Source: Mobula hypostoma (Eukaryota). From it: a DNA stretch of 64,000 nt. The DNA lies in NCBI RefSeq assembly GCF_963921235.1, contig NC_086108.1, forward strand, positions 40,426,001 to 40,490,000, given 5' to 3'. The notes below the pieces were generated by a model, which made no database searches, had not been told where the DNA came from, and saw only the letters and a list, made by a program, of their open reading frames with translations. Below are positions 11,133 to 25,140 of the stretch, one piece after another. Position 1 is the stretch's first letter. Every line of letters starts with the position of its first letter. The position numbers were made by a program, and so were the translations under genes.

Positions 11133-14100
11133 GTATGTATCAGCGTTCACATTACAATAGTGCTCCTCTCAGTGCTTTGGTGATGGGACAACTAGACACT
11201 TCTTACCTTAGGAGCAAAAACTGTCATTTTAATTTCAAACCTCCACAGTGTTGTCATGATCCTTGTATATGTTATTGTCTCCGCCACTGTTTGATCAGGG
11301 TTACCACAATGCAGCTTGGCAAAGTTTCAAAGTGCCACTTGTTGATCAGGGGGGGCACATCAGCCATGACCAGTTCCTGTCTTGTTTAAGATTGCCCACA
11401 TAGCAGGTAGAAGTCTAGTTGTTGTATTTTCTTTCTCATGAAGTAGGAGGCTATGTAGAGCATTAAGTGTGGGTCAGATTTCAAAGTATTCTCATCTGAT
11501 CACTGCCCCCAGTTATTTCCCAGAAATGTATTCTCTTGCACATGACCATTAACTCCCTCTGATTTTTTGCCACCTACCTACTCTGAGGACAATTTACTAT
11601 AACCAGTTAGCCATCTTTGGTCTTTGTAGCTGAGCAAAAGCTGCAGGTTCACAGAGAGAACTCGCAAGCTCCACAAAGGTAGTTGTCAAATTGGATACAA
11701 GCTATTTGTGTGTGAAGTTGTCTTCTTCCCAAGTTCTAGGTGCTGTGAAATGGAAGGTCCTCAGGTGCTGCGCAGAAAGGGCTTGTGGAGATCATGCTTT
11801 AGTTTGGGAGGTTTGGAAAGTCTTGAGTAGGATGCACCCATTTGTGTTTATAGAGATATGGTCACTCAACAGGAGTGCAAGAGTTGAGTGAAGTGGACCA
11901 AATGCACATTAAAATAGACCTGATTTTACATCGAGGGGAAAGCTGGGCACCATCAGGTAGCAAAGAATCCTGTGAATAGTCACTGCCAGCTGCTTCCAAG
12001 CAGGGACACAAAACAGAGAATAAACAATATCTCTGAGAGAAAAGAATGAATATTATAATTTACAGCATGAGATTAGAGACAGTCTCTCTGAAAAACTTGG
12101 GGCTGAAAATGAAACTTGTAAGGCCGGCGGAGTTGGGTTCACTATTAGTTGTCAAAAGAGAATGGTATGAATAAGTTTGAAGGGGTAACACTTGCAACAC
12201 AGTCAGGAAAGAGGAGGGGGCCAGGACTGAACCGGTGTCTCTTTTAAAGAACAGACACGGATATGATGGCCAAAACACCACCAGCTTTGCATGACTCCAC
12301 AGCAAATACTTTTTAAAAATGTCTGCATTTTTGGGCTGCCTCAGTTGCTCAGCTTGGTTTATAAATAATTGTTTTTTTTTCGGGATTTGGGAACCTCTGG
12401 CAAGGACAGCATGTGTTGGCCATCCCTGCTTGCACTTGTGAGAATGGCTGGTTGGCTTCTGATGAAAGTGTTCCCTCAGTGGTAGAGTGTTCCAGCATTC
12501 TTGCATTTAGACCCAACACAGTCAAGGAATAGTTTAACTCTCATGGAGCTGGGAATTTCAATTTAAGCAAAAAATAAAAAAAAACTAAGTCCCGGTGATA
12601 ATAACCACAAGCCTACCATTTATTACAGAAATCCATCTGGTTCGTTCATGATTTTCAGGGATGGAAATCAGCTAACCTTTCACTTTCTGGTATGTCTGTG
12701 GCTACAGGTATCACAAACATGGTTGCCTCTTAACCATTCCTCATTTTATGAGCAATTAGAGATGGTCAGTAACTGCTGACGTAGCTTTGAACATCCACCT
12801 TCTGTGAACTAACAAAGAGAAAATTCCAAGTCAAGATGCATGCTGGAGGGGGAAACTGCAGGTGGCGGTGCTCCTGTGCACATATTGCCCTTGCCCTTCT
12901 TGCTGATGGAGGTTTTGGGTTTGAGAGGTGCAACTGAAAGAGCCCAGGTGATTTAACTGCAATGCAAATGTGTGGTGAAATGCTGCTGTTAAGCTCCACA
13001 TCAAAAAAAAATGCTTCCAAAGACCTTGACCTTTTGAGAATCCCCGATAAAATGCCTCACAGGCACCTGCCCACACATTAAGCAACGGCGTTTTCAAAGC
13101 ATCCTGCAATGAGTCAGAAATGTGCTCTGCCTCCTGCTTGTTTCAGCCCAATAATTTTCACCAGACTTGCCAGACAAGAACTTGCCATCCTGTGGGGTGC
13201 AGCAATAACCTCTCACCTCCCCTCTCTACTTTTCTCCAATCACTTTAAAGTTATGCCCGCTCATATTTAGCTCCCCAGAGAAGCAGTATTAGCTGCGATT
13301 TCCCTAAGGCAGGAAGGAAGGCAGGGTTTAAGCAGCATTAGGGAGGGCAGTGTGAATTGTGATTGCTTGAATGAGATTGGAGGCATAAGCAGCAATGCAC
13401 GTTTGCGAAACGGAAGGGCCAATACAAGCTACGTGTAGAAAGAAGTGCCAGCATAAACTAAGGGGAGGAAGGATGTTTAGTGTGTTTGCAAGGAAGGAAG
13501 AAAGGAATAGCAGTAGGGGGAAGACTGTGCCATCATGGACTGAAGAATGGAAGAACAAGATATACATGTCTGTATAAACTGAATGAAGAATGAGGGCAAC
13601 GAGGAATATTGCAACATAAGGGACAAGAATAAAGAGAGGGAGCACCAGAGTGACATTGGAAGGAAAAAATATGAGAAACGACAGTGCAATCCATTGGAAG
13701 AAAGGTTAAATTCTAATTTGGGGAGGGAAGCCAAAAGTGATTAATCTTTATGAACAACAGGAATAGGAAGTTTGTGAGGGGAAACATGATAACCATCTGT
13801 GTGTCAACCTTTGGGTTGTAAGTAGCAATTTTTGCCATAAGCCTCCAAAAACGCGTCCTTGATCTGGTAATGTATCATTGTCCACTTAGGTATTGTTTTG
13901 AGTTATCTTTTTTATAACTACTTTTAACCAGTGGCTTTCTTAAAGCTCTTGGCCAACCATTGTCTATTGTCCAGAATGATTTGGCATATGAATCCATATG
14001 TTGAGACTGCTTTGTTTCACCCCTGAGAAAGATGTATAAAAAATTTGGTGGAACATGAAATTTTTGCCTGCAATTAGACTTGGGTCTTTAAGAAGTAGAT

Positions 14101-14311
14101 AGAAATAAAGGGAATATGTTGAACTTTTCTGTTAGAGGAATAGAAAAATGATAATTTATTCTATAGACAAAAAACAGAATATTGAACCTGAAAAAAATGT
14201 GTAGAAATGCCCTAAGACAATGTACGCAAAGGTGGATCTGAATCCACAAGGCACATCAGTAGCACTACAAACTGAAACACCACCACCCCCACTCTGCATT
14301 GTATCTTCCAG

Positions 14312-14443
14312 GGATATTGGCATACTGAGACACTGATTGCGACACAGACTCCACTGCCTGAAACTATTGCTGACTTTTGGTCGATGATCTATCAGAAAAA
14401 GGCAAAGCTCCTCATATTTCTGGGCCAAGTAAAAGACGACAAG
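14312..14443 (+). CDS. PTPRC: CD45 exon, D2 (GYWHTETLIATQTPLPETIADFWSMIYQKKAKLLIFLGQVKDDK)
   Basis: IATQxPL and DFWxM motifs; ccag/gtagg splice sites. Confidence 0.95.
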
Positions 14444-15326
14444 GTAGGAACCAAGACTTCCCGGTGCTGACCTTGCCATTTAATGCTTCATTTTATGTTT
14501 CAAATCAGAGCATTGCTTTGATAGCTTTTGAGAAGGTACTTGCAACACAATTAGTTAAAATCAAAGATGGTCTTGCACTAGTACAAGCGTAATTACTGTG
14601 AGTATCCTAAGATAGTCCAGGGCAAGAGAGGTGCAATATTCCGAAGGTGACGAAATTTGGCTATTTCATTGCTGCCCGTATTGCAGATCTAAGGCCACAT
14701 AGGAATAATATAAAATGGATTATTTTTATCCCTGATTTATTGGTTCAAGAATAAAGATATAAGGCTTGTAAATTTGTGCTAAAGCATGGGAAATGGAGGG
14801 GATGGTGGGAATTCTGCCCTCTGATGCCCATGAATCACATGGGGATCATAGTAGCTTTATGCTCACTTAGACATATTTGCAAATCAAATTTTTGGAGAAT
14901 TGGGCGATGTGATTACCCAGACCAAATAGAAAGCCATCCATTGAGTCAAACAATTGTCTGGATTGACTGACAATATTTTGAGTCCTTAAGAATACCCCTG
15001 CTGTAGGGACAACCCCAGCCATCCTTTTACCAGAGGCTACGAAAGAGACTATTTCTATGCTTACTCCTTGACTGTCAGAGATCCTGTCACAACAAAGGTT
15101 TAGGTGTGAGGGACAGTCAGGTTTAGACTGAGTTTCCATCCATTCCTCTTGGATTGTGTTCACATAAAAAAACAGGGTGTTTTTAGCATACATAGATGCA
15201 CTTTTCATGCAGATTTTGTGTACCACAGCATAGCAGGACAGGTGCTGAGAGTTAGTTTTGCAGTTTTATATATTATTTTATTCTATATGCCTCAATATTT
15301 TAAGAGTTGTGTCATATTATTTTTAG

Positions 15327-15446
15327 GATTGTACACGATATTGGGAAGATGAAAAGAAAACTTATGAAGATATTGAGGTTAAGTTGACTGAATGCAATGA
15401 ACAACCAGAGTTTACTGTTCAAGTCTTTGAAATAAGACATATAAAG
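15327..15446 (+). CDS. PTPRC: CD45 exon, D2 (DCTRYWEDEKKTYEDIEVKLTECNEQPEFTVQVFEIRHIK)
   Basis: CxxYW motif; ttttag/gtaaac splice sites. Confidence 0.93.
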
Positions 15447-15621
15447 GTAAACACTTAATGATCTTCTATGGTTTAAAAGCTATTCACAGAGTTCTCTCAC
15501 ATTCTGAATCGCACAAGCAAGAAATTTAATTCCACAGGAACAACATGGACTATTGAATTCCTAGTCCTGGCTATCGGTGTAGCAGCTATTTATCAAACTG
15601 GTATGTTACTAATTGCACTGA

Positions 15622-16346
15622 TTGAACCACCACCATAAACTGGACTGGTCAAAGAACACTGAGGCTGTCTACAAGAAGGGTCAGAGCCGTCTCTATTTCC
15701 TGAGGAGACTGAGGTCCTTTAACATCTGCCGGCCGATGCTGAGGTTGTTCTATGAGTCTGTGGTGGCCAGTGCTATCATGTTTGCTGTTGTGTGCTGGGG
15801 CAGCAGACTGAGGGTAGCAGACACCAACAGAATCAAAACTCATTCGTAAGGCCAGTGACGTTGTGGGGATGGAACTGGACTCTCTCACGGTGGTATCTGA
15901 AAAGAGGATGCTGTCTAAGTTGCATGCTATCTTGGTCAATGTCTCCCATCCACTACATAATGTACTGGGTGGGAACAGGAGTACGTTCAGCCAGAGACTC
16001 GTTCCACCGAGATGCAGCACAGAGCGTCATAGGAAGTCATTCCTGCCTGTGGCCATCAAACTTTACAACTCCTCCCTTGGAGGGTCAGACACCCTGAGCC
16101 AATAGACTGGTCCTGGACTTATTTCATAATTCACTGGCATAATTTACATATTACTATTTAACTATTTATTACTATTTTTCTATTACTATTCTATTACTAT
16201 TTATTATTTCCATGACTATTACTATTTACTAATAGTAGTATTACTATCACTATTTCTATTACTATTTATTATTTTCTGGTGCAACTGTAACGAAAACCAA
16301 TTTCCCCCGGGATCAATAAAGTATGACTATGACTATGACTATGACT
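15622..16346 (+). mobile_element. Rex1/Babar-like LINE 3' end with (ACTATG)n tail
   Basis: KLDWSKNTEAVYKKGQSRLYFLRRLRSF...SFLPVAIKLYN C-terminal domain; AATAAA followed by gactat repeats. Confidence 0.85.
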
Positions 16347-16899
16347 AACTCATCTACCTTATTAAATATGAGATGTGGGTTCAGATGAAGAACTTTAAGC
16401 TTTGATTTGCATTCTTTACCTTAAGCTGGATTTATTTTCTGTAGCATGCCTTTATTTTTATTTTCTGGCCCTTCCTGTTATGTCTTAACTTTCATTCCCA
16501 ACCACACCGCCCCACACACCATCCTGTCTCACTTCTCTCCCATTTTTCTTTCTCTAATTGATTCAAAACATTTTCTACAGCCCCATTTACATTATTTCTC
16601 CAGTCCCAGTATGATTCAGATGAATTTTTTTCCAATGGAACATTCTCCCCTTCTCCTTCATACTGATGTTGGTGCTCTATGAATTGAAGCCATTTCGCCA
16701 ATACAAAAAAAAGATGTGGAACATGAGACCCGAACTGTCAAATGTGTTGCTGTGGTGCTTTAAGTTATGCATATAATATCCTCTAGCATTTCTTTCTGTC
16801 AGTGAAAGTGGAATTGCAGAATGTAGATCTATTGCCAGAAAATTACTGAATAAAAAATGCTGGGAAACGTTAGTCAGAAAAAAGATTCAGAGCACTGGA

Positions 16900-18300
16900 G
16901 ATAAATTGATAAATTGGTTTATTAATATAACGTGTACCGGAGTGCAGTGAAAAACTTGTCTAGCATACCATCCATCCAGATTAATTCACTACTACACTGC
17001 ATTGAGGTAGTACAAAGTAAAGCAATAGCAAAGTGCAGAATAAAGTGGTACAGTTACAGAGGAAGTGCAGTGCAGGTCGAAAGTATGGTTTCAAGGTCAT
17101 AATGAGGTAGACTGTGAGGCACCAGTCAGGTTTCTTTACCATGGCATCAATGTGGTTATGCTAGGACAGGCTATGGGTGAAGCTCACTCCTAGGAACTGG
17201 AAACTCTTAATCCTCTTGATGTCAGCACCATTGATGAAACAGGAGCACATGCACTGCACTCCTTCCTGAAGTCAATGACCAGCTCTTCTGTTTTGCTGAC
17301 ATTGAGGGTAAGGTTGTTGTCACGAAACCATATCACTAAGCTCTCTATCTCCTTCCTGTACTCTGACTCATCATTGTTTGAGATATGGCCCACTACCGTG
17401 GTATCATCAACAAACATGTGGAAGGGATTAGAGCAGGATCTAGTGTGTTTCATAAGTGTACAGGGAGGCGAGAAGGTGACTGAGTATAAAGCCTTGTAGA
17501 GCACCAGTTGTGGGCACGTGGCCAAGTGTTAAGGCATTGGACTAGTGACCTGAAGGTCGTGAGTTCGAGCCCCAGCTGAAGGAACGTGTTGTGTGTCCTT
17601 GAGCAAGGCACTTAATCACACATTGTTCTGCGACGACACTGGTGCCAAGCTGTATGGGTCCTAATACCCTTTCCTTGGACAACATTGGTGTCGTGGAGAG
17701 GGGAGACGCAGCATGGGCAACTGCTGGTCTTCCATACAACCTTGCCCAGGCCTGTGCCCTGGAGAGTGAAGACTTTCCAGGCGCAGATCCATGGTCTCGC
17801 AAGACTAACGGATGCCATAAGAGCACCAGTGTTGAGGATAATCCTGATAATGGTGCTGTTGGCCATCCTTACTGACTATAGCAGGAAGTTAGCCAGGAAG
17901 TCAAGGAGCTATTGCAAAGGGAGTTGTTGAGTCCTAGATCCAAGTGTTTGGAGAAGAATTTAACAGGAATTATAGTTCTGAAGGCTGAGCTGGAGTCAAT
18001 ATACAATAGTCTAACATTGGTGTCTTTACTGTCCAGATATAATAGTAGGAGTAAGGAGATGACATCTGCTATAAACCTGTTTCAGTGATAGGCAAATAAC
18101 AATGGGTCAATGTCAGATGCTAAAATTTAAGTGTGCCATGAAGAACTTCATAATGGTAGATGTCACAGCCATCTAGTGATAGTCATTAAATCATGTTCCC
18201 TTGTTTTCTCAGGTAACAGGATAATAGTAATATTCCTAAAGCAGGTGGGAACATCAGATTGAAACAGGGAGACGTTAAACACTTCTGCAAATACACCAGC
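16900..18300 (-). mobile_element. Rex1/Babar-like LINE fragment
   Basis: FVDDTTVVGHISNNDESEYRKEIESLVIW...LTLNVSKTEELVIDFRK in ORF 17190-17525. Confidence 0.75.
17509..17819 (+). mobile_element. tRNA-derived SINE with 11-bp TSD
   Basis: A-box TGGCCAAGTGTTAAGG, B-box GAGTTCGAGCC; direct repeat agagcaccagt at 17498-17508 and 17820-17830. Confidence 0.85.
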
Positions 18301-18449
18301 AGCTGAACTGTCTAAAACAAAACATTTTGGAAATACTTGGCAAAGTGGACAGTTATCTTTGGAAAGAAAAATAGAATTAATATTTTCCGATCAAAACCTC
18401 ATTGAAATTAGTCAAGAATTAACTTCTGATGTAACTGTTTTATTTTCAG

Positions 18450-18619
18450 AAGGAAACAACTCAGAAAGTATACCAGTATAACTTCCGTGAGTGGAAAGAA
18501 TCTGGGCTTCCTGAAAGTCCAAGTAACTTTATCACCATGATGAGAAGCATCAAAGAAAAACTGTCAGTGCTTAAAGATGATCAAAATGGCATAGTACCAC
18601 CCATCATTGTACATTGCAG
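18450..18619 (+). CDS. PTPRC: CD45 exon, D2 (KETTQKVYQYNFREWKESGLPESPSNFITMMRSIKEKLSVLKDDQNGIVPPIIVHCS)
   Basis: VYQY and IIVHC motifs; tttcag/gtaaag splice sites. Confidence 0.95.
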
Positions 18620-19654
18620 GTAAAGTCTGCTAGCATTAAAGACTATCATTCCAGCAAAAGTACATTTTGAGTGCTTTTGAGATCATGCATCACCTTTCGA
18701 GGACAAAAATGAGCCTCAGTTCTAAACTTATTCTATAACCTATGCACTCACTTCCAAGGAATCTGCAGCCCATGTTCTTAGTATTTGTTTATTTGTTTAT
18801 TCAGTATTTACACAGATTGTCTTCTTTTGCACATTGATTGTTTGTCTATCTTTCTGTAGTTTTTCCTTAATTTTATTGTATTTCTTTGTTCTACTGTGAA
18901 TGCCTGCAAGAAAATGAATCTCAGGGCAGTATATGGTTACATACACATACCTTTGATAATCAATATACCTTGAACTTTGAGCTAAGTAGTTCCTTTGGTC
19001 TGTGTGTTTTATTAGGAGGAATGTTTGGCAGAGGAGAATGATAGCACCTCAGGAAAAACAACATCTCATTATGAGCAATAACCACAAATTTAGCAAGTTT
19101 TATTGCAAAATCGTCCAAAATCAAGTTTATTATCATATGCCCAATACATGTATTGTAAAGGTAGAATGAAAATCTTACTTGGGGCAGCAGCTGCACAGAT
19201 GCATAGCATAAGATAAACGGCACTCACAAGATAAACATAACTTATCCACAGTTTTTGAAAAAATGACACAACACTGAACTAATATGAACCAATTTGAAAT
19301 ATTCAATTTCCTATTTTGTTTATTCGCACAGATTGTCTGAAACATTTTGGCTAACTAGACTTACTGAAACTATTTTGCTCTGTAAGGTCTCATGGAGAGC
19401 CAGCTGTTGAGAAGCAACAAACTAATCAATCAGGAACATTAGACAAAGGAGAATTACCATGCCTCATTTCAATTTACATTCAAAGCCAGGTCTCAGAGGA
19501 AATCTTGTGGGAGACAAATACACTCTGTGAAGAAAAAAAACTTTCTCAGTACATCTTCACCGGTACTTTGTCCACTAATGGATTCGCATTTTGTTAAGAA
19601 GTGCTGAGAATAATCATTGTTTAAAAACAAATCTCTAAGAAAGCCATTGCTATC

Positions 19655-19832
19655 TATAAGGAGTTTGTGTGATCTCCCTGTGACTGCGTGGGTTTCCTCC
19701 GGGTGCTCTGGTTTCCTCCCACATTCCAGAGACCTACAGGTTAGGAGGTTAATTGTTCACATGGGTGTAATTGGCCAGCATGGGCTTGTTGTGCCAGAAA
19801 GGCATGTTACTGTGCTGTATCTCTAAATAAAT
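19655..19832 (+). mobile_element. V-SINE (HE1-like) fragment
   Basis: ggagtttg...ctgcgtgggtttcctccgggtgctctggtttcctcccaca V-domain consensus. Confidence 0.75.
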
Positions 19833-21325
19833 ACTAAACTCTTCTATCAATTCCATAGTGAGAATTGCAGCATCAACTTGATTTCAAGCCAAGAGCAAAT
19901 ACATCTGAATGTAAAAGTCACAGTAAAATCAAAGTACTGGCTTTTGCATGTAAACAGTCTCTAGCAATCACCATAACTAAGGCTGCAATTGAACAGCCAT
20001 GCATGGCGTTCATATAGGCAGAGTCAGTGTGAGAATTTTCAGGTTGCTTTCAGAATTGCTCTTTTCCACCACAAGCTTCGTTGTAACTCAGCATGCACAT
20101 AATGTGTGGAATGGTATGAACTGCAACAAACGCTACTTGATATCACTAAAATTCCTAACTATTCAAGTGTAAGCAAATCTTTAATGGCAGGTTTTAAGTA
20201 CAGTACTGCCAATATCTGTGGTTCTGAACATTACCTTTTAAAACTGTTAATCTCATTCATTTGTGGTTTTATTATTTCTATCAATATTTAAAAGAGTTAA
20301 AATTGCACGCTTAACAAACAAGAGAAAATCTGTAGATGCTGGAAATCCAAGCAACACACAGAAAATGCTGGAGGAACTCAGCAGGCCAGGCAGCATCTAT
20401 GGAAAAGAGTACAGTCGACGTTTCCGGCTGAGACTTATCAAGAAAATTGCACACTTTCTCTTTTTTTAGTTTTGTTTTTCTTTCAATCTTGTTACAGAGA
20501 CTCTCAATTTCTGGTCATGATTTATGTATATTTAGCATCAGATGTGGGTAAGGTCAGAATGTAATGCCCATTCCAACCTGCCCGTTAGAAGGTCATAGCG
20601 ATTCAACTTCATGATTTGCAGCAGATCTTCAGGTGAAGATAGAAATATCAGTTATTGCCTTTAACGACGAAGGATCAATGTTCAGACAAGAGCCATATTC
20701 TGTTTGAAGACAGAGCAGTACTTGATCTTTCTAATCTTTGGGAAATGAGGAGTATTATGAATGCTGATGGTTTATTTCTAATTAATCGCCAATAAAGGAG
20801 CAAAGTGATGGCCTCCCCCTAACTGATTCGTCTCATTAATCATCCTGTCGTCAGCTAATTAATTTTAAAAAGATTCAATCAATGCACTGGTAGGATTTAA
20901 TATTTGAGAATAGTATATTCACAAGTTACTGTGCTGCTAATAGAATTATATCATGTATAAAAAAATCTTATTCAAAATACCAGGGGGTAAACTCCAATGA
21001 AGATCACATCTGGGAATTGCACCTGAACTCTAGATCCAAGATTTCTGGATAAGTTACTGTGAGACAGTGATCTGCAGATATGTTGTCATTGTGTCTTTCT
21101 CCATAATTTTTGTTCAGGGCATTACAGGGCACTACTTGTGTAGTGCCAGGTTAGAAGTTCAGAACCGGTCTTGGTGTTGTGAGGGTCTTATTTTAACACC
21201 GTTGCAATGGAAGGAAAGATTGTACAAGGCATGTAACTGGCAGTCTACTGTGCCACCTTTGTGTGTACCTGTGTACCCGGGACAACTTGGGTTTCTTCAT
21301 GTTGTGAAACCTTCTTTTCTTTCAG

Positions 21326-21461
21326 TGATGGATCCAAGCGGACAGGAATGTTCTACGCTCTTTGGAACCTACTTGATAGCGCAGATAATGAAAAGATAAT
21401 AGATGTTCTCCAGGCAGTCAAAGCATTGCGTAAGCAGAGACCTGGAGTGATCCCGACCTTT
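21326..21461 (+). CDS. PTPRC: CD45 exon, D2 pseudo-P-loop ([45 protein letters not shown])
   Basis: ttcag/gtaagt splice sites; matches the human CD45 DGSQQTG...VKALRKARPG segment. Confidence 0.96.
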
Positions 21462-22418
21462 GTAAGTATTGCTCAGCCCATCCCACTCATCGTGTTCATA
21501 TACTGCACATCTCTGAGTCAATCATCCACTTCTCTCTACATCATCCTTCACATCAGCTGATTATATTTGCAACAGAAATAATTTTCAGGATGAAATTAAG
21601 TTGATCCATAGTATTAACTTTTCCCATGAGATATGTGTTACCATTAATGTGCCACTAAATGCATCAACCTCTATGCAATTTCCTTTTTCCACATTCTTTT
21701 AAAGCAATGTTCAGGTTTTGCATCCACTACCAAGAGGTTTGTAAATGGTTCACTTGGACAGGAGAGCCTGCTGTGCTGCTGGGATTTATGGTGCAACTGA
21801 TTTCCCCTGCCCTTCCTCCATTATGAGGCTTTGATTAGAGATTTCTAGTGTAAAATGTTGAAAAGTGCAGGTCAGATGGAGTAAAATTCCATCAATCTGC
21901 TATGCCCAGGACTTTGGTGTCAGGCTGGCAGATATTCTGAACTATTGGATATTATTCCATGTCATACACTATTTTATTAGTAAGTTTAAAGGGAATATTG
22001 GAAGTGAGAGTCTGGTGAATTCCAAGGGAGGGTAGAGAAACTGACCGAAGTGAATTTAACAGCAGCACAGGGTGTGTTAAAGGGAAAATGGAGATCAGTA
22101 CCCAGTGAGCCTGTTCATAATCACTGGGGTTTCTAAACTGTCAGTCAGTAGATTATTGGAGTTTTACTTTGTGAGGAAAAAAATGGCAGTTCCATCACTG
22201 ACATCATTAAAAATATGATATGAGAATTCTGAGTTTTTGGCTAGAATGTAGTTCTGGGTGTAGAACCTGCAGTCTCGAGTGCAGGGATTGCCAACTTCTT
22301 TAATGCCATGGACTCCTTCCATTAACCAAGGGATCCTTGGACACCAGGTTGGGAACCCTTACTCTAGTGTCTAGACATTAACAAGAAAACTAACAATGTG
22401 TTTGATCTATTTTGACAG

Positions 22419-22694
22419 GAGCAGTATGAGTTCCTCTATGATGTTGTTGCTAACACATACCCTGTGCAGAATGGGACATTAATCTCTGGCAATGGCTCAT
22501 CACAAACCTCTGTTGAGGTCATCTCTGAAACCCCCTTGGAAAACAAATCCCAACAAGAAGCCGGTTCTGATTCAATAGAAAATAAGAAAGAGACATCTGC
22601 TGAGGAAGACAAAGCTAAGTCTGAAAGCAGTAACATCAAACAACCAACAGAAAATCCTACTAATGGACCTATAACTAGTGATGAAAATGTGTGA
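22419..22694 (+). CDS. PTPRC: CD45 terminal coding exon (EQYEFLYDVVANTYPVQNG...ITSDENV*)
   Basis: tgacag acceptor; EQYxFLYDV..TYPxQNG as in CD45; TGA stop ending at 22694. Confidence 0.95.
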   Translation, partial: EQYEFLYDVVANTYPVQNGTLISGNGSSQTSVEVISETPLENKSQQEAGSDSIENKKETSAEEDKAKSESSNIKQPTENPTNGPITSDENV

Positions 22695-22956
22695 AAAAAA
22701 ACTGTTGTTGTGCATGCAGTACTGGTATTAATCAGTATTTGTGTTACTAAGAGAAATGCCTAAGTGTGGCTGTTAATTTTTATTTGCATGAACTTGGTTT
22801 ATCACTGGATGCACCCAATATTTTTGCCAGTACACAGTTCAACAATGGCAATCAGCTCAAACGTAAGTATGAATGTATTTCCATGATGATATTAGTTTCC
22901 TAATTTAAAACCTAGTTTAATGTTTTTGGTCTTTCAAGTTACACCAGTAACTCTAA

Positions 22957-22962
22957 AATAAA
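22957..22962 (+). promoter_or_regulatory. Candidate proximal poly(A) signal of PTPRC
   Basis: AATAAA in AT-rich sequence after the stop codon. Confidence 0.3.
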
Positions 22963-22990
22963 GCAAAAAGACCTTTTAAAGAAAGAACTT

Positions 22991-23025
<35 letters not shown>

Positions 23026-25140
23026 TTTATTGTGTGTATTGAAAATCTAAATGCTAATTTTGCTTGGGGATGTATTATTTTTAGCAGTTCATATTTTAAG
23101 ATATGGCAAAAATGGTCATGTATTGAGTGTGAAGAAATTTGGCAATTTTATTAAGCCCTGTAATTTTTAGCTTTTTATAATGCAGCCATTTTTCAATTTA
23201 CAAATTATTTTTATAGTTATTTTTTCCAAGTTAAAGCTGTGCAGTTGATCTGCTTAAAAATGATAATGTATATAGCTATAAGAAATTAGATCAAAACTCA
23301 TTATATGGAAGCAAACTGATTATTTGTAGCAGATTCATAAAACGGCTAATGATTTGTAAATGGAAATATCACAGTTCACTGAAAAAGACCACAGACATGA
23401 AGCCTGATTGCAGAACAGATTCAGATTCAGATTCAGATTCATTTATTTATCACATGTACGTCAAAACGTACAGTGAAATGTGTCGTTTGCGAGAGCAACC
23501 AACACAACCTGAGGGTGTCCTAGGGCAACTCATAAGTGTCGCCACACATTCTAGCACCAACGTAGCATGCCCACACTGTTCAGCAGAACAACACAAGCAA
23601 CAATAACAATACAACAACATCAACTAAACAACAACAAAACAAGCCTCTTTCCTCCCACCCACATGCACAGACTGACCTCCAACCCCAGGGCAGACTGCCT
23701 CTATAGTCCTTGGTCCAGCACTCTGTCTCACAGACATTAGGTGCAGACTTGCAGTTGCCAACCGGCAATCATCAGGCCTGTAGATCAACCCAAATGGCCA
23801 CAGAGCAAGATAAAAGTTTATGTTTAAATCAGTATTTAAACGTAAAAGAGAAACCTCATTTCAGGTGAGGTGTCTGAGGAACAGTGCAATAGTGTGGTAG
23901 CATCAGATAATGTCACTGGAGATTTGTGGAAAAGATTCAGAAAGTGCTGGAAAATCTCAGCAGGTGAAGTGTTATTTGTGGAAAGAGACGTGGTTAATTG
24001 TCAGAAATGAGAAAGGGTCTAGGTTGCAGAAACGGTGAAGGAGGGCAATGGGTTGAATAACATGGGAGGGAAATCTGGGGATTTATGGGTTAATAATCCA
24101 GCCTGCCTGACATGTGGTAGAGCTCAAAAAAATGGCCACTCATGGTGATGTGAGAAGTTATAAAGTCTTATCAGAGATGTACTGTGAACCTTTGTTGTAA
24201 ATTGTCCTGGGAAGGAAAGGTCTCGGAATCCACCAATAATTCCATTTCCATTTATCAGTGACAAGGAAAATTATATGTCCCAACTGAGGTAAAAAATAAC
24301 TCTGAAAAATAAACTTAAAACCAAACTTTTTCCAAAGATTTAGTTGATTACATGTTCATTAAGAACTCCTAAAAGATTCTGTGTTCAGTGACAATTGCTG
24401 CTAGTATTTTTTTTTTGGTTCCTTTGCTGTCAGTAAATGGTGATAAAGCTGTTCCTGTTGATCACTTATAATCAGCTTCCTGGCTTCATGTTAACATGTT
24501 TCCAATTGAGATAAATTATTCTTGGAGTAAGCCTTGATTTCTTGCATTCCAAATAACTCCAACAATGGCAAGCTGTACAAAGTACAAAGTATGACCTCAT
24601 TTCTATAATGTAATTCATGACCTCAAGACATCCCAGAGTGTTATACAACTAATTGAGCAAGTTCTGAATTGATGGCACTGTTTTGATGTAGGAAATGCTG
24701 CGACCAGTTGTATCAAATCATAATGTAATAATGATTTGCAATATATATTTTAATGAGGTTTGTTAAAGGTTTACAAATTGGCCAGGACATCTTGGATTAG
24801 CTCTCTCTTTCTTCTGCAAAATGTTGCACATGATTTTGCATCCTCTGTAGAGAGCAGAAAAGGCCTGGCTGTCCATTAAAAAGTGAAGTTGATTTCCATA
24901 TTATAACAGTGTTACTTGATTAGTAGTTGAGAAAATGCATTGCTTCAAATAATGGAAAAATGATTTCTAGAAATTTGTTTGGCTTGTTGCATTCAAACTG
25001 GATTCTGTACATTTTACTCAAGATAATGCTATTTAATTTTGTTTGGATTTTTTTCAACAGCTTACAGTTTTCTAATGCATATTTCTTTAATTCAGACGTT
25101 CTTTGTACAACAAAAGATTTTTGTACTAATAGTGTTCTTG

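Noticed and set aside
16140..16346. CRISPR-like or functional repeat array
   Set aside because: Low-complexity TATTAC/ACTATG LINE tail with no repeat-spacer structure; eukaryotic context
17511..17585. tRNA gene
   Set aside because: A and B boxes are followed by a SINE body and flanked by a TSD; no complete cloverleaf or terminator
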